A stretch of DNA of 64,000 nucleotides from GCF_002087085.1 NZ_MWQY01000007.1:62001-126000, one strand, 5' to 3'; counted from the first letter of the stretch, positions 18,305-27,541 are shown. Translations and numbers: made by a program. Notes: a model not told the origin generated them from the sequence alone.

Positions 18305-20115
18305 TAAATCAGGTTCTCCATTATATAATCCCGGCGCTCGGGGGTATTCTTACCCATAAAGAATCCCAGGGTATTGTTGATGTTTTTCAGGGATTTGATA
18401 TTGACCTTGACCAGGCGTATATCCGGCCCGATGAACTGCCCGAACTCCTTCGGAGAGATCTCTCCAAGCCCCTTGAAGCGGGTAACCTCGGGGGAACTTA
18501 TCTGCTGCAGCGCCTCTTCCTTCTCCCTGGGGGAGTAGCAGTAGCGGGTCTCCTTCTTGTTGCGCACCCGGAACAGGGGAGTCTCCAGGATATAGACCCT
18601 TTCGGAGACCACAAGCTCCTCAAAGAAGGTCAGAAAAAAGGTCATCAGCAGGTTGCGGATATGAAAACCGTCATGGTCGGCATCGGTGGCTATTACAACC
18701 CGGCCGTACCGCAGCCCCTCGATTCCGTTCTCTATTCCCAGGGCCATCATCATGTTGTAGAGCTCTTCGTTTTTATAGATGTCAGCGCGCTTGCGGGAGT
18801 ACATGTTCTGACACTTGCCACGAAGGGAGAATATGGCCTGGGTATAGGGGTCACGACTGGATACCATGGAGCCTGACGCGGAGGCCCCTTCGGTAATAAA
18901 GAGGGTCGACTCATCCCCCTTTTTGTCTCCCAGGTGATACTTGCTGTCCTTGAGGTTGGGGATCTTCAGGGCGATCTTTTTCGCTGCCTCCTTGGCCTCT
19001 TTCTTGACCGCATTCAGTTCCTTGCGGAGCTTCTCGTTGGAGACGATCTTCTCTTCCAGTCGCTTGGAGGCGGAATTGTTCTTGTGCAGGAAGTCCACCA
19101 CCCCGGATTTTACCTCACCGACGATCCATCCGCGGATTTCCGTATTCCCCAGCTTGTTTTTTGTCTGGCTTTCAAAGATGGGATTGGTCAGCTTGACGGC
19201 TATGGCTCCGGCGATACCGTCCCGGACATCCACGCCGGAGTAGTTCTTCTTATAGAACTCGTTGACCCCTTTCAGGATCCCCTCCCGGAAGGCGCTCTGA
19301 TGGGTACCTCCGTCGGAGGTGAACTGCCCGTTGACGAAGGAAAAGTAGGTTTCCCCGTAGTTCTGGGTATGGGTAAAAGCGAACTCGATGCGGTCTCCCT
19401 TGAAGTAGGCCTCGTCATAGATTCTGTCCTCCCCCACCTCGGCATTCAGGAGATCCTTGAGACCATTGGCGGAATAGAACTTCTGCCCGTTCAGAACCAG
19501 GGTAAGTCCCGAGTTCAGGCAGGCGTAATTCCAGAAGCGCTGCTCAATGTATTCCTGGTTAAAGGCGTATTCCCCAAAAATTTCCGAATCGGGAACAAAC
19601 TCAACCAGGGTGCCGTTCTTCTCAGTGCTCTTTCCCTCCTTGCTGTCCAGCAGGGAACCCCGGGAGAAGGAAGCCTGAAAATACCTGCCCTCACGAAAAC
19701 TGGTAACGGTAAAGCTGGAAGAGAGGGCATTGACCGCCTTGGTTCCCACTCCGTTTAATCCTACGGAGAACTGAAACACCTCGTCGTTATATTTTGCCCC
19801 CGTATTGATGACGGATACACAGTCTATAACCTTGCCCAGAGGAATACCCCGTCCGTAATCCCGTACAGTGACCGTGTCTTTCTTGAGGGACATCTCGACA
19901 CGACTGCCATGGCCCATGATGTATTCGTCGATGGCGTTATCCACAACCTCCTTGATGAGGATGTAGATACCGTCGTCCATATTGGAACCGTCTCCCAGCC
20001 GCCCGATATACATACCCGTTCTGAGACGTATATGCTCGAGGGAACTGAGGGTTTTTATCTTGCTTTCGTCGTAGACGGCCTGCTTCTTTTCTGTCTGTAC
20101 TGCCTGTTTTGCCAT
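18304..20115 (-). CDS. parE: DNA topoisomerase IV subunit B
   Basis: EHIRLRTGMYIG, EVVDNAIDE, DYGRGIP, ITEGASA, TDADHDG, RFKGLGE. Confidence 0.93.
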   Translation of the reverse strand: MAKQAVQTEKKQAVYDESKIKTLSSLEHIRLRTGMYIGRLGDGSNMDDGIYILIKEVVDNAIDEYIMGHGSRVEMSLKKDTVTVRDYGRGIPLGKVIDCVSVINTGAKYNDEVFQFSVGLNGVGTKAVNALSSSFTVTSFREGRYFQASFSRGSLLDSKEGKSTEKNGTLVEFVPDSEIFGEYAFNQEYIEQRFWNYACLNSGLTLVLNGQKFYSANGLKDLLNAEVGEDRIYDEAYFKGDRIEFAFTHTQNYGETYFSFVNGQFTSDGGTHQSAFREGILKGVNEFYKKNYSGVDVRDGIAGAIAVKLTNPIFESQTKNKLGNTEIRGWIVGEVKSGVVDFLHKNNSASKRLEEKIVSNEKLRKELNAVKKEAKEAAKKIALKIPNLKDSKYHLGDKKGDESTLFITEGASASGSMVSSRDPYTQAIFSLRGKCQNMYSRKRADIYKNEELYNMMMALGIENGIEGLRYGRVVIATDADHDGFHIRNLLMTFFLTFFEELVVSERVYILETPLFRVRNKKETRYCYSPREKEEALQQISSPEVTRFKGLGEISPKEFGQFIGPDIRLVKVNIKSLKNINNTLGFFMGKNTPERRDYIMENLI

Positions 20116-20261
20116 GTGGGTCCGTAAAACTCGTTGATCTGCTTGAATTTAGACCATAGTATCAGAAAAACACGAGGCTTCAAAGGGGAATTTTACACCC
20201 TCAAAAGCAGAGCAGTCACCATGAGCAGATCAGGCCTTTATTCAGGCATCCCGTTTTAAAC

Positions 20262-20926
20262 CTCTGCGTCCTCTGCGCGGCCCCTCCTCAACCATCCAGC
20301 TCCACACCGTGATACCGCATCCCCACCACTACCTCTGCGTCCTCCGCGCGGTCCTTACCCCGACCATCCAGCTCCACACCGTGATACCGCATCCCCGCCA
20401 CTACCTCTGCGTCCTCTGCGCGGCCCCTCCCCCAACCATCCAGCCATCAACGCAATACCGCACTTCCTCTTCCCAGACTCTGCGTCCTCCGCGCGGTTCC
20501 TCCACGACCATCCAGCTCCCCACCGTGATACTGCATCCCCGCCACTACCTCTGCGTCCTCTGCGCGGTCCCTCCACGACCATCCAGCTCCCCACCGCAAT
20601 ACCGCTTTCCCGCCACTACCTCTGCGTCCTCTGCGCGGCCCCTCCCCCAACCATCCAGCCATCAACGCAATACCGCACTTCCTCTTCCCAGACTCTGCGT
20701 CCTCCGCGCGGTTCCTCCACGACCATCCAGCTCCCCACCGTGATACTGCATCCCCGCCACTGCCTCTGCGTCCTCTGCGCGGTCCCTCCCCGACCATCCA
20801 GCTCCCCACCGTGATACCGCATCCCCGCCACTACCTCTGCGTCCTCTGCGCGGTCCTTACCCCGACCATCCAGCCATCAACGCAATACCGCACTTCCTCT
20901 TCCCAGACTCTGCGTCCTCCGCGCGG
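20262..20926. repeat. Tandem repeat array: 10 cores, 71-73 bp period, higher-order (AAB)x3
   Basis: Core CTCTGCGTCCTCYGCGCGG starts at 20262, 20333, 20405, 20478, 20549, 20620, 20693, 20764, 20835 and 20908. Each of the first nine is followed by RACCATCCAGC and one of two linker types. Confidence 0.97.
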
Positions 20927-20972
20927 TCCCTCCCAGAGTGCCCCTGATACATCCCACTGAACCCCTCAGCAT

Positions 20973-21013
20973 AAAAAAACCGCAGGCAGGAACTCATACA
21001 TCCCCGCCCGCGG
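20973..21013 (-). terminator. Intrinsic terminator of tkt
   Basis: Minus strand CCGCGGGCGGGG..TCCTGCCTGCGG followed by T7. Confidence 0.75.
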
Positions 21014-21043
21014 CCTTATATAAACGCTATTGAACGCTTTACT

Positions 21044-23005
21044 TTACAGCAGCTTTGCCAGGTTCTCCGGAACAAAGCCGAAATGCTTTTCCACGTCTCC
21101 TGCGGGTCCGGACTCACCAAAGGACTTCATACAGAGCACAGAATCCGCGTCGCTGGCAATTCCTTCCCAACCGTTGACAATCCCCGTCTCAGCCACGACG
21201 GTCTTTACGCCTTCCGGCAGAATGGACTTACGGAAAGCCGCATCCTGCTTAAGAAAGGTCTCCCGGGAAGGCATGGAAACCACCCGTACCTTTTTGCCGG
21301 ACATATCCGCAGCTTTCAGTGCCAGATTGACCTCGGAACCCGTTGCAACCAGCACCACGTCGGGCATACCGTCGACCTCTTTGACTATGTAGGCCCCTTT
21401 GCGCATGGTTTTCTGCCAGTCCTTGTCCGCCTTCTCGTAAACGCTCAGGTTCTGCCGGGTCAAAGCAAGGGCCACCGGTCCGTCGGTCTTTTCCAGAGCC
21501 ATCTCCCAGGCAACGTTGGTCTCCTCACCGTCTCCGGGTCGCAGGACGGTCATGCCGGGAATAATCCTCAGGGACTCCAGGTGCTCCACCGGCTGATGAG
21601 TAGGCCCGTCCTCGCCCACGTAGATGGAGTCGTGGGTAAACACATAGGTAACCGGCAGCTTCATCAGGTTCGCCAGCCGTACCGGGGGCCGCATGTAGTC
21701 GGCAAATACCAGGAAGGTGGCGCAGAAGGTACGCAGACCTCCGTGAAGGGCAATACCGTTGGCAATGCCCCCCATGGCATGTTCCCGGACACCGAAACGC
21801 AGGGTTCTGCCGGAGCGGTTCTCCCGGCTGTAATCCCCTTGTCCAAGGCCGGTCTTGTTGGAAGGCTCAAGGTCCGCCGAACCGCCCATAAAATTACCCA
21901 GGGCTGCGGCAATCGCCTTCATGGCGGAACCCGATGCACTCCGGGTTGCCGCTGAATCACCCACCTTGTACTCAGGCCACTTGATACCCGAAAGGTCGGG
22001 AATCCCGGCCATCCACTGATCCCACTCCTTCTTCAGCTCCGGGTTTGCCTTCGCCCAGGCGTCAAAAACAGCCTGCCATTCATCCTGGGCGGCCTGAAAA
22101 TCAGCCTTTTTGCCCTTGAAGTATTCAACGGCCTTCGGAGCAATGTAGAATTCAGCATCCTCAGGAATTCCCAGGTTTTTCCGGGTAGCTTTCACCTCAT
22201 CCGTCCCCAGGGGTGCGCCGTGAACATCATGGCTGCCCGCCTTGTTGGGCGACCCTTTACCGATTACCGACTTCAGGATAATCAGGCTGGGCTTTCCGCC
22301 CTCGGCCTTCGCCTTCTCAATCAGCCCGGCCATCCCCGCAAAATCGTACATGTCACCTTCCAGGACCTGCCAGTTGTAGGCCCGGTAGCGATCGGCGACG
22401 CTCTCGGTAAAGGTAATGTCGGTATTCCCCTCTATGCTGATCTTGTTGGAGTCGTAAAAAACGATCAGCCTGCCCAGTCCCAGGTGTCCCGCCAGGGAAG
22501 CCGCCTCGGAGGTGATCCCCTCCATCATGCAGCCGTCTCCGGACAGGGCGTAGGTGTAATGGTCCACCACTTTGTGTTCAGAGGTATTGAACTTCGCAGC
22601 CAGCATGGACTCCGCAATCGCCATTCCCACGGCATTGGAGAATCCAGCTCCCAGGGGACCCGTGGTAGTCTCGACCCCGTCGGTCCAGCCGTACTCCGGG
22701 TGTCCCGGGGTTTTCGAACCGAGCTGCCGGAACTTCTTCAGCTCCTCCAGAGGCAGCTTGTAGCCCGACAGATGCAGCAGGCTGTAGAGAAACATCGAGC
22801 CGTGGCCCGCGGAAAGAACAAAACGATCCCGGTCAAACCACCCGGAATCAGCGGGATTGTGCTTTAAAACTTCGCCGTACAGCAGTGCCCCGAGCTCCGC
22901 GCAGCCCATGGGAAGCCCCGGATGCCCGGAGTTCGCCTTCTGGACACCGTCCATCGACAGGGCGCGTACGCTCAATGCAACGGCCTTCAGGGAATCAATA
23001 TGCAT
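21044..23005 (-). CDS. tkt: Transketolase
   Basis: ANSGHPG, DRFVLSAGHGSM, GDGCMMEG, FGVREH, GEDGPTHQPVE; SD GGAGG before MHIDSL. Confidence 0.98.
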   Translation of the reverse strand: MHIDSLKAVALSVRALSMDGVQKANSGHPGLPMGCAELGALLYGEVLKHNPADSGWFDRDRFVLSAGHGSMFLYSLLHLSGYKLPLEELKKFRQLGSKTPGHPEYGWTDGVETTTGPLGAGFSNAVGMAIAESMLAAKFNTSEHKVVDHYTYALSGDGCMMEGITSEAASLAGHLGLGRLIVFYDSNKISIEGNTDITFTESVADRYRAYNWQVLEGDMYDFAGMAGLIEKAKAEGGKPSLIILKSVIGKGSPNKAGSHDVHGAPLGTDEVKATRKNLGIPEDAEFYIAPKAVEYFKGKKADFQAAQDEWQAVFDAWAKANPELKKEWDQWMAGIPDLSGIKWPEYKVGDSAATRSASGSAMKAIAAALGNFMGGSADLEPSNKTGLGQGDYSRENRSGRTLRFGVREHAMGGIANGIALHGGLRTFCATFLVFADYMRPPVRLANLMKLPVTYVFTHDSIYVGEDGPTHQPVEHLESLRIIPGMTVLRPGDGEETNVAWEMALEKTDGPVALALTRQNLSVYEKADKDWQKTMRKGAYIVKEVDGMPDVVLVATGSEVNLALKAADMSGKKVRVVSMPSRETFLKQDAAFRKSILPEGVKTVVAETGIVNGWEGIASDADSVLCMKSFGESGPAGDVEKHFGFVPENLAKLL

Positions 23006-23116
23006 AAATTTACCTCCGAAATTTTGAATACTCAGCATATATTGTTATACTCTAAATGAACGAAGAGTTGAAGGCCCGTCATAAAATCCCACATATACAG
23101 ATGTACCGCCAAGGTA

Positions 23117-23147
23117 TTGACTTATTCGTATATAGTGATTATTATAT
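23117..23147 (+). promoter_or_regulatory. Sigma70 promoter with overlapping palindromic operator (trxA)
   Basis: TTGACT-17-TATTAT; ATATAGTGATTATTATAT. Confidence 0.65.
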
Positions 23148-23176
23148 GTTTGTAAGCACAAGCAAGGAGAGTTACA

Positions 23177-23533
23177 ATGCCCGTACAACTTACCAAAGAG
23201 ACATTCCTCGAAAAGGTTTTTAATTATGAAGAAAACAAAGAATGGAAGTTCGAAGGCGACAAGCCCGCAATAATCGACTTCTACGCCGACTGGTGCGGTC
23301 CCTGCAAGATGGTCGCCCCCATCATGGAGGAACTTGCCCAGGAATACGACGGCAAAATCGACGTTTACAAAATCAACACCGACGAGCAGCAGGAGCTGGC
23401 AGGGGCTTTCGGCATCCAGAGCATCCCCAGCATCCTCTTTATCCCCGTGGACGAACAGCCCCAGATGGCCGCCGGTGCACTCCCCAAGGAGACCTTCAAA
23501 AAGGTCATCAGCGACGTCCTCAAGGTAGAATAG
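23177..23533 (+). CDS. trxA: Thioredoxin
   Basis: DFYADWCGPCK, IQSIP. Confidence 0.97.
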   Translation: MPVQLTKETFLEKVFNYEENKEWKFEGDKPAIIDFYADWCGPCKMVAPIMEELAQEYDGKIDVYKINTDEQQELAGAFGIQSIPSILFIPVDEQPQMAAGALPKETFKKVISDVLKVE

Positions 23534-23546
23534 ACAGTCTCTATTT

Positions 23547-23698
23547 TCCGGCGCGTTTCCCGGCTTTCCGGGACTCCGCCGGGTCCCTGCCGCGCCTGCC
23601 TCTGCGCACAGAGTCAGGCACGGCCCGGCTCCGGTCGACCACTCAAAAATCGTGGTCGACCGCCCTTTTTCAGGGCGTCCCTCCAATCCGGCGCGTTT
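23547..23698. other. Four-hairpin element flanked by 12-bp direct repeats
   Basis: TCCGGCGCGTTT at 23547 and 23687. Internal stems include a perfect 11-bp CGGTCGACCAC/GTGGTCGACCG. Confidence 0.6.
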
Positions 23699-23799
23699 GT
23701 GTATCCCCAGCCGGCAGGATTCAACTCTTTAATTCTACTTGATTTTATTAAGTATCTATTCAATAATGGAATACCCAAATACGATTTCGAGGAACCCCC

Positions 23800-24660
23800 A
23801 TGAAAAAGATACTTGCCAAAGAGCAGCTGTCCGAGGAAGTCTTTCGGATGAAGTTCGAAGCCCCCCACATTGCACGGGAACGCAAGGCTGGTCAGTTCAT
23901 CATTATTCAGCTCGACTCGGAGTTCGGCGAACGCATTCCCCTTACCATCGCCGATGCAGACCCGGACGAGGGCAGCGTAACCATAATCTTTCAGACCGTT
24001 GGACGCACCACCCATCTTCTGGCGGACCTCGAAGTCGGAGATCATATAGCAAACGTACTGGGACCCCTGGGGCACCCCACCCATATCGATAACTTCGGCA
24101 CCGTCGTCTGCGTGGGCGGCGGTATCGGCGTCGCTCCCATGCATCCCATTGCCCAGGCCCTGAAGGCTGCTGGCAACAGGGTTATCATCATCATGGGTGC
24201 CAGAAACAGGGACCTCATCATAATGGAAGATGAGATGAAAAAGATCGCCGATGAGCTGATCATCTGTACCGACGACGGCAGCTACGGCCGCAAGGACCTT
24301 GTTACCGTCCCCCTGAAGGAAATCTGCGAACGGGATCCGAAACCCGACATGGCTGTGGCCATCGGTCCTCCCATCATGATGAAATTCTGCGCCGAAACCA
24401 CCCGGCCCTATGAAGTCCACACCGTAGTCAGCCTGAACACCATCATGGTGGACGGCACCGGAATGTGCGGCGGCTGCCGGGTAACCGTCGGAGGGGAGAC
24501 CAAGTTCGTCTGCGTCGACGGCCCCGAGTTCGACGGACACAAGGTCGACTTCGACAACATGATGCTCCGACTGGGCTCCTACAAGGAGCAGGAAACCCTG
24601 GATCACGAACAGTGTCACCTGGAAATGGAAATCAAGGAACGAGGACTGGACAAGGAATGA
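23800..24660 (+). CDS. nfnA: NfnA/SudB-like FAD/NAD-binding 2Fe-2S subunit
   Basis: GERIPLTIAD, GGGIGVAP, MVDGTGMCGGCRV, CVDGPEFDGH. Confidence 0.9.
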   Translation: MKKILAKEQLSEEVFRMKFEAPHIARERKAGQFIIIQLDSEFGERIPLTIADADPDEGSVTIIFQTVGRTTHLLADLEVGDHIANVLGPLGHPTHIDNFGTVVCVGGGIGVAPMHPIAQALKAAGNRVIIIMGARNRDLIIMEDEMKKIADELIICTDDGSYGRKDLVTVPLKEICERDPKPDMAVAIGPPIMMKFCAETTRPYEVHTVVSLNTIMVDGTGMCGGCRVTVGGETKFVCVDGPEFDGHKVDFDNMMLRLGSYKEQETLDHEQCHLEMEIKERGLDKE

Positions 24661-26141
24661 GCTATATACCCGCCGACAAACTGCACGAGGAAGCCATAAA
24701 AACCGTAAAGGAACTGGAAGGAAAGGAGCTAAAGCCCAAAGACCGGCTCTCCCTGCCACGGCAGGAGATGCCCTCCCAGGACCCGGAAGTCAGGAAAAAG
24801 AACATGAACGAGGTGGCCCTGGGCTACTTCGAGGAACAGGTCAAAATCGAGGCTGAACGCTGCCTGCAGTGCAAAACCGCTCCCTGCATCTCCGGATGCC
24901 CGGTGCAGATCGACATCCCCGGCTTCATCAAGACCGCCGCCGAAGGTGACTACGAAAAGTCCCTCTCCATAATCAAGCGCACAAGTCTTCTTCCCGCCAT
25001 CTGCGGCCGGGTCTGCCCCCAGGAGGTCCAGTGTCAGCTGCCCTGTACCGTGGGCAAGTCCTTGAAAGACGTTGACCTGGCCGTTTCCATCGGACGGATC
25101 GAACGCTTTGTAGCCGACTGGGCGGACGCCAAGGGAAAAAAGACCGTCCCTCAGGTAAAACCCGAAACAGGTAAAAAGGTCGCCATCATCGGTTCAGGCC
25201 CGGCCTCCATTACCGTTGCCGCCGACGTTCGCCGGGAAGGCCACGAGGTCCACATGTTCGAAGCCTTCCACAAACCCGGCGGCGTCATGGTCTATGGCAT
25301 CCCCGAATTCCGGCTTCCCAAACGCATCGTTGCCGACGAGATCGAAGCCCTCAAGGAGATGGGGGTCAAACTCGAGACCAACTTCCTGGTCGGGCGCACC
25401 CGGAAAATCCAGGACCTTATAGACAAGGACGGCTTCGAAGCGGTCTTTATCGGTACCGGTGCCGGACTTCCGAAATTCATGAACATCGAAGGCGAAAACC
25501 TTATCGGAGTCTTCTCCGCCAACGAGTATCTTACCAGGGTAAACCTGATGCGGGCCTACGACAAGGAACGCTCCGCAACCCCCATCTACCAGGCTAAAAA
25601 GGTCGCCGTTCTCGGCGGAGGAAACGTCGCCATGGACGCTGCCCGGAGCGCCCTTCGCATGGGAGCCGCGGAGGTACATGTTCTTTACCGGCGAACCGAA
25701 AAGGAGATGCCCGCCCGGGTGGAAGAGGTCGCCCATGCCAAGGAGGAAGGAATCACCTTTCACTTCCTGCGCAGTCCAAAACGCATCCTGGAGGGAGAAA
25801 AGGGCCGGGTACGGGGCCTCGAGGTCCTTAAATACGAGCTGGGAGAACCCGACGATTCAGGAAGGCGCCGACCCGTGGAAGTCAAGAACTCCAACTACGA
25901 AATGGAGTTCGACACCGTTATAGTGGCCATCGGAAACAACTCGAACCCCCTCATCGAGAAGACCACCCCGGGACTCGATACAAATAAGTGGGGCAACATC
26001 GTGGCTGACGAAAACGGAAAGACCAGCATGGAACGGGTATTCGCCGGCGGCGACATCGTACTGGGAGCAGCCACGGTAATCCTCGCCATGGGAGAAGGCC
26101 GTAAAGCCGCCCAGAGCATCAACGAGCTGCTGTCAAAATAA
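24657..26141 (+). CDS. nfnB: NfnB/SudA (glutamate synthase beta-like) subunit of the electron-bifurcating transhydrogenase
   Basis: RCLQC..CISGCPV, ICGRVCPQE, YGIPEFRLP, GGGNVAMD; ATGA overlap with nfnA. Confidence 0.88.
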   Translation: MSYIPADKLHEEAIKTVKELEGKELKPKDRLSLPRQEMPSQDPEVRKKNMNEVALGYFEEQVKIEAERCLQCKTAPCISGCPVQIDIPGFIKTAAEGDYEKSLSIIKRTSLLPAICGRVCPQEVQCQLPCTVGKSLKDVDLAVSIGRIERFVADWADAKGKKTVPQVKPETGKKVAIIGSGPASITVAADVRREGHEVHMFEAFHKPGGVMVYGIPEFRLPKRIVADEIEALKEMGVKLETNFLVGRTRKIQDLIDKDGFEAVFIGTGAGLPKFMNIEGENLIGVFSANEYLTRVNLMRAYDKERSATPIYQAKKVAVLGGGNVAMDAARSALRMGAAEVHVLYRRTEKEMPARVEEVAHAKEEGITFHFLRSPKRILEGEKGRVRGLEVLKYELGEPDDSGRRRPVEVKNSNYEMEFDTVIVAIGNNSNPLIEKTTPGLDTNKWGNIVADENGKTSMERVFAGGDIVLGAATVILAMGEGRKAAQSINELLSK

Positions 26142-26164
26142 GTACAGTCGATCTTGCCACGAAG

Positions 26165-26214
26165 ACACCGAGGCATACAGAGTTGTTCACAGCCAATTCT
26201 GTGTGCCCCGGTGT
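26165..26214. repeat. Imperfect inverted repeat of the dispersed repeat family, between nfnB and hicA
   Basis: ACACCGAGGCATACAG pairs with CTGTGTGCCCCGGTGT (14/16 complementary). Confidence 0.65.
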
Positions 26215-26226
26215 AAACCGAGCTTT

Positions 26227-26451
26227 TTATATATTCAAGAAATCATCAGTATCCACACCGGCCTGTTTCAAAATTGCCTTCATGGTACCTTCCGGAATAT
26301 CCCCTGGGTGATTAGGAATTGTGGTTCGCGCTCTTGTTTGCTTATTCCACCATATCTCGTGGCTTCCACGCGCACCCCTGTCAAATTCAAAGCCGAGTTT
26401 TCTGAGTTTCTTTATACATTTTTTATAATTGAATCCAGCAAGCCGACCCAT
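26227..26451 (-). CDS. hicA: HicA family toxin
   Basis: LRKLGF..RGARGSHEIW..TTIPNH..DIPEGTMKAILKQAG. Confidence 0.93.
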   Translation of the reverse strand: MGRLAGFNYKKCIKKLRKLGFEFDRGARGSHEIWWNKQTRARTTIPNHPGDIPEGTMKAILKQAGVDTDDFLNI

Positions 26452-26694
26452 TTATACGCCAACAGGAACATCAAGTTCAAACCTATCTGTAAGTGGTTTT
26501 AACGAATGTGGGATTGGGTCCCCATGATCCATATAGGATTCAATAAGTTTTCGGGCGACATCTTGAGCGATTTCCACAGCTTCAGGAATGGTACGCCCCT
26601 GTGCTACCAGACCGGGAATGTCATCAGACTGGGCAAGGAACTGCCCATTTTCAACCTTGGAAATCATCAAGTGAATTGAGTAAAGCTTTTCCAT
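26452..26694 (-). CDS. hicB: HicB family antitoxin, short form without a DNA-binding domain
   Basis: DIPGLVAQGRTIPEAVEIAQDV..GDPIP; TAA abuts the hicA ATG. Confidence 0.92.
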   Translation of the reverse strand: MEKLYSIHLMISKVENGQFLAQSDDIPGLVAQGRTIPEAVEIAQDVARKLIESYMDHGDPIPHSLKPLTDRFELDVPVGV

Positions 26695-26908
26695 ACAATC
26701 AATATATACCGCTTAATACCTGTTGGCAAATATGTTCGTTTGCTTACCTCCTGACAGGATTTATAGTAACCCTTCCCTCCCTGTCAATCTTTATGACAAA
26801 ATTCAGAACAAAGATTAACAGCGAACCAAGGATATAGGGATCTTCAACATCATTCATAGAAACATTACCTATTCAGGCAGTAAAACAGTCATACGGCTGG
26901 TATTATTC

Positions 26909-27023
26909 CTCTGCGTACTCCGCGCGATTCCCATCCCTACAATCGCAGCGTTCTGCCGTGTTAGAGAACTCTTTCTCCCCTCCCTCAGCGGACTCTGCGT
27001 GGTCCTTCTCCTGACCATCCAGC
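26909..27023. repeat. Degenerate two-core copy of the array repeat family
   Basis: CTCTGCGTACTCCGCGCG at 26909 and CTCAGCGGACTCTGCGTGG at 26984, the latter followed by GACCATCCAGCT. Confidence 0.8.
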
Positions 27024-27055
27024 TTCTCCCATATTTACGCATTGGAAATCCAGAA

Positions 27056-27320
27056 ATGAACGTCGGTCCGGAAGATATGCAGAAAATAGGGGACTATGTT
27101 CGCCTACATCTTCCTGAATGGATGCGCGGCTTCAGAAACTATAGGGAATCGATCTCATCGAACATATTGACAGGGAAGAAGAAGAGCTCAAATCCAAGCG
27201 GGAACTTATTGAGCAGGGTTTCGTTACAATGGAAAAAAGAATACTGACTCAGCAGTGGATAACGGGCTTAAGGTTTACTCTGATCGATGCACTCATGGGA
27301 GTTTTTAATTTCTTTTTATC
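27056..27320 (+). pseudogene. Frameshifted small coiled-coil protein with C-terminal TM segment
   Basis: MNVGPEDMQKIGDYVRLHLPEW continues after a frameshift near 27145 as IDLIEHIDREEEELKSKRELIEQGFVTMEKR..WITGLRFTLIDALMGVFNFF. The 3' end is approximate. Confidence 0.6.
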
Positions 27321-27390
27321 ACAGCATCACAGAAAACGCAGATACTTCGTCCCTCCAGGCAGTAAATCCGCCGAACTTCCGGTGTTTTAT

Positions 27391-27487
27391 CTATACGGCC
27401 TCTGCGCGGTTCCTATACCGACTATCGCAGCAGTCCTACCGTGGTGGCGCACTCCTTCTCTCCTGCCTCAGCGTACTCCGCGCGGTC
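27391..27487. repeat. Degenerate two-core copy of the array repeat family
   Basis: Cores at 27391 and 27467; linker resembles the 26909 copy; inverted arm CACAGAAAACGCAGA at 27328-27342. Confidence 0.75.
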
Positions 27488-27541
27488 TTTCTCGCTTCCT
27501 GGACTTATATGCGTATTCTTAATTCCCCTGTGGCGATATCG

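Noticed and set aside
20309..20831. ORFs across the tandem array
   Set aside because: Repetitive translations on both strands, periods mostly not multiples of 3, and no SD.
20262..20926. CRISPR array
   Set aside because: Linkers are two recurring types rather than unique spacers, the repeats are degenerate and non-palindromic, and no cas gene or AT-rich leader is in the window.
23730..23775. Rex operator upstream of nfnAB
   Set aside because: AT-rich, but no convincing TTGTGAA-N4-TTCACAA match.
24657..26141. Glutamate synthase small subunit (gltD)
   Set aside because: No gltB nearby and it is coupled to an NfnA-like gene, so NfnB/SudA is more likely.
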